DNA of 64,000 nt from the NCBI GenBank assembly GCA_043228905.1, contig JBHGNT010000022.1, forward strand, positions 5,146,001 to 5,210,000, given 5' to 3'. Under the pieces are notes generated by a model. The model saw nothing but the letters and a program-made list of their open reading frames with translations. It did not search any database and was not told the origin of the DNA. This document shows, one piece after another, positions 62,508 to 64,000 of this stretch. Numbering within the stretch: the first letter of the stretch is position 1; each line of letters starts with the position of its first letter. The position numbers were made by a program, and so were the translations under genes. This DNA is from Azolla caroliniana. Its lineage: Eukaryota > Plantae > Polypodiophyta.

Positions 62508-64000
62508 TGTAAAGAAAACGGTTCAGAAGCTTCATAGACAACTTAGCTGAATAACAGAATAGTAGACACTTAGGAAAACACAGAGTTTGGAGATAAAGTA
62601 CAGAGATAGAGCTCTAGAGATTACATAGAAAGATAGAGTTCTATTACAAAACTTGTCGACTTATTACATAGTGTGCTCACAAAGCACTTTATATACAAGC
62701 CTCTGATAGTAGGCTGACACAAGTACTGACACAAGTACTAAATGCTCACTTCTGAGCTCTAACAACTAATCAACCTATAATATTCCTATTACTAAGTTAG
62801 GAATATCAGTCCTAATGGTCGTACGACCGTTTTGGACTACGACCTTACAGTTGTGTCGGCTTCTAGCCCATTCGGCCGATTCGGCTTTGGCTTCTTGTTG
62901 AGCTTGCCTTCTCAACAATCACCCTCAAGCTCAAGTTGGGGGTTCTCTTTGTCCACTCTGCTCTATCTGTCCGCTTCTCCGACTTCTCCTTGCTGATTGG
63001 TTTTCAACCATTGCAAGCCACTCCTTAAAGATCGCGAACTCTCGATCTTTGGTTGTGATCAAATACACCCACACTTTTCTTGTTGAGTCGTCAATGAACG
63101 TGACGAAGTAGGAGCAGCCGCCAAGAGACTGATGTGGCAATAGGCAACAGAAGTCCGAGTGGACCAAGTCAAGGGGACTAGACTCTCTCGGCTCTCTAGG
63201 CGGGTGTGAAGTGGCAGTTTGTTTGTCGTATTGGTAGTGCTCACCGAACTGATGGTTGGAGAATGATAGCTTGGGGATGTATCTGGCTCTAAATAGATGC
63301 TTTATGCCGGCCTTACTGAGGTGTCCGAGTCGTCCATGCCATAGCGATGACACAGGGACATCAACAAAGAACAAGTCACCCTCTCTGAGTGTGACACATA
63401 ACGGGTATAATGAATGTACTTCTGGTCCTCGATCAAGTAGAAGGTTCCCCCTATGGAGTGTCCACCCTCCTGAGGAGAAGCCAACACGGATGCTGCCTTT
63501 GACAAGTTGTCTGATCGAAATCAGCGGTCTTGAGAGCTCAGGTATGTGTCGGACATCGTGTAGTACTAATATAGAGCCACCCGAAAGGTTGAGCTCTACA
63601 GTGTCGATTCCAATTATGTCAGAATGTCGGACCGAGTATTATCGAAATTGGGATCTATGAGGAGTCACATGGTATTAAGCGCTTGAATCCAAGAGCCAAG
63701 TGCTTGACTCTTCAGTTATAAGCAAAACTTCTGATTTGACTAAGTGTTCAATGAACAGAATGTTTGGGTCGTTCGTCAATACTTCGGTTGAAGAGCCAAC
63801 ATAGTTGACTACCTCATGCCGGTCGCTCTTCTAATTAGCTCGCTGAGCTTTATCGTTCTTTGCTTTCAACGTGTGGCAATTAGCCTTAATGTGTCCGGGT
63901 TTCTTGTAGTAATTGTAGATTCGACTATCCTCGGACTTGCTTCGGCTTCGGGTATTGCTTGGCAGCTGGGAAGAACTTCTTCATCGGTTGAACCTTGTAC
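62508..64000 (-). mobile_element. Internally deleted Ty1/copia element running off the window
   Basis: LTR 62508-62917 ending CTCAACA, PPT remnant, then directly the integrase N-half (LWHGRLGHLS, LDLVHSD, FVTFIDDSTRKVWVY), protease (LLDSSA) and knuckle remnant; no RT/RNase H. Confidence 0.85.

Overview
Eukaryotic plant nuclear DNA, probably a non-seed land plant such as a fern. That is inferred from a Tcn1-like chromovirus, a tRNA-Trp-primed gypsy and a Sola-like transposase. Bases ~0.5-27.2 kb are a nested LTR-retrotransposon cluster. It holds several Ty1/copia elements, one structurally complete (21247-26935, TSD CAATG), a complete Ty3/gypsy element (10100-17514, 4-bp TSD GCGT, tRNA-Trp PBS) and gypsy remnants. 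Three intron-containing host genes follow: a plastid-type Mini-RNase III (27568-29899, +), a DUF593/zein-binding myosin-receptor-like gene (31357-34058, -) and a P5A-ATPase of the PDR2/SPF1 type (48548-60590, +). A second TE block (35.4-47.6 kb) contains a chromovirus fragment, a solo LTR, a degenerate Sola-like DNA transposase, palindromic tandem arrays and a Mutator-like MITE. Main observations: (1) the gypsy LTRs carry several tRNA-like A-box/B-box cassettes, and one cassette recurs at the equivalent position in a diverged solo LTR; (2) six copia elements share a hairpin enclosing the PPT/U3 junction, with compensatory changes; (3) the gypsy element joins halves of two different copia elements; (4) there is a candidate -1 frameshift signal between protease and RT. 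All coordinates and alignments were read by eye.
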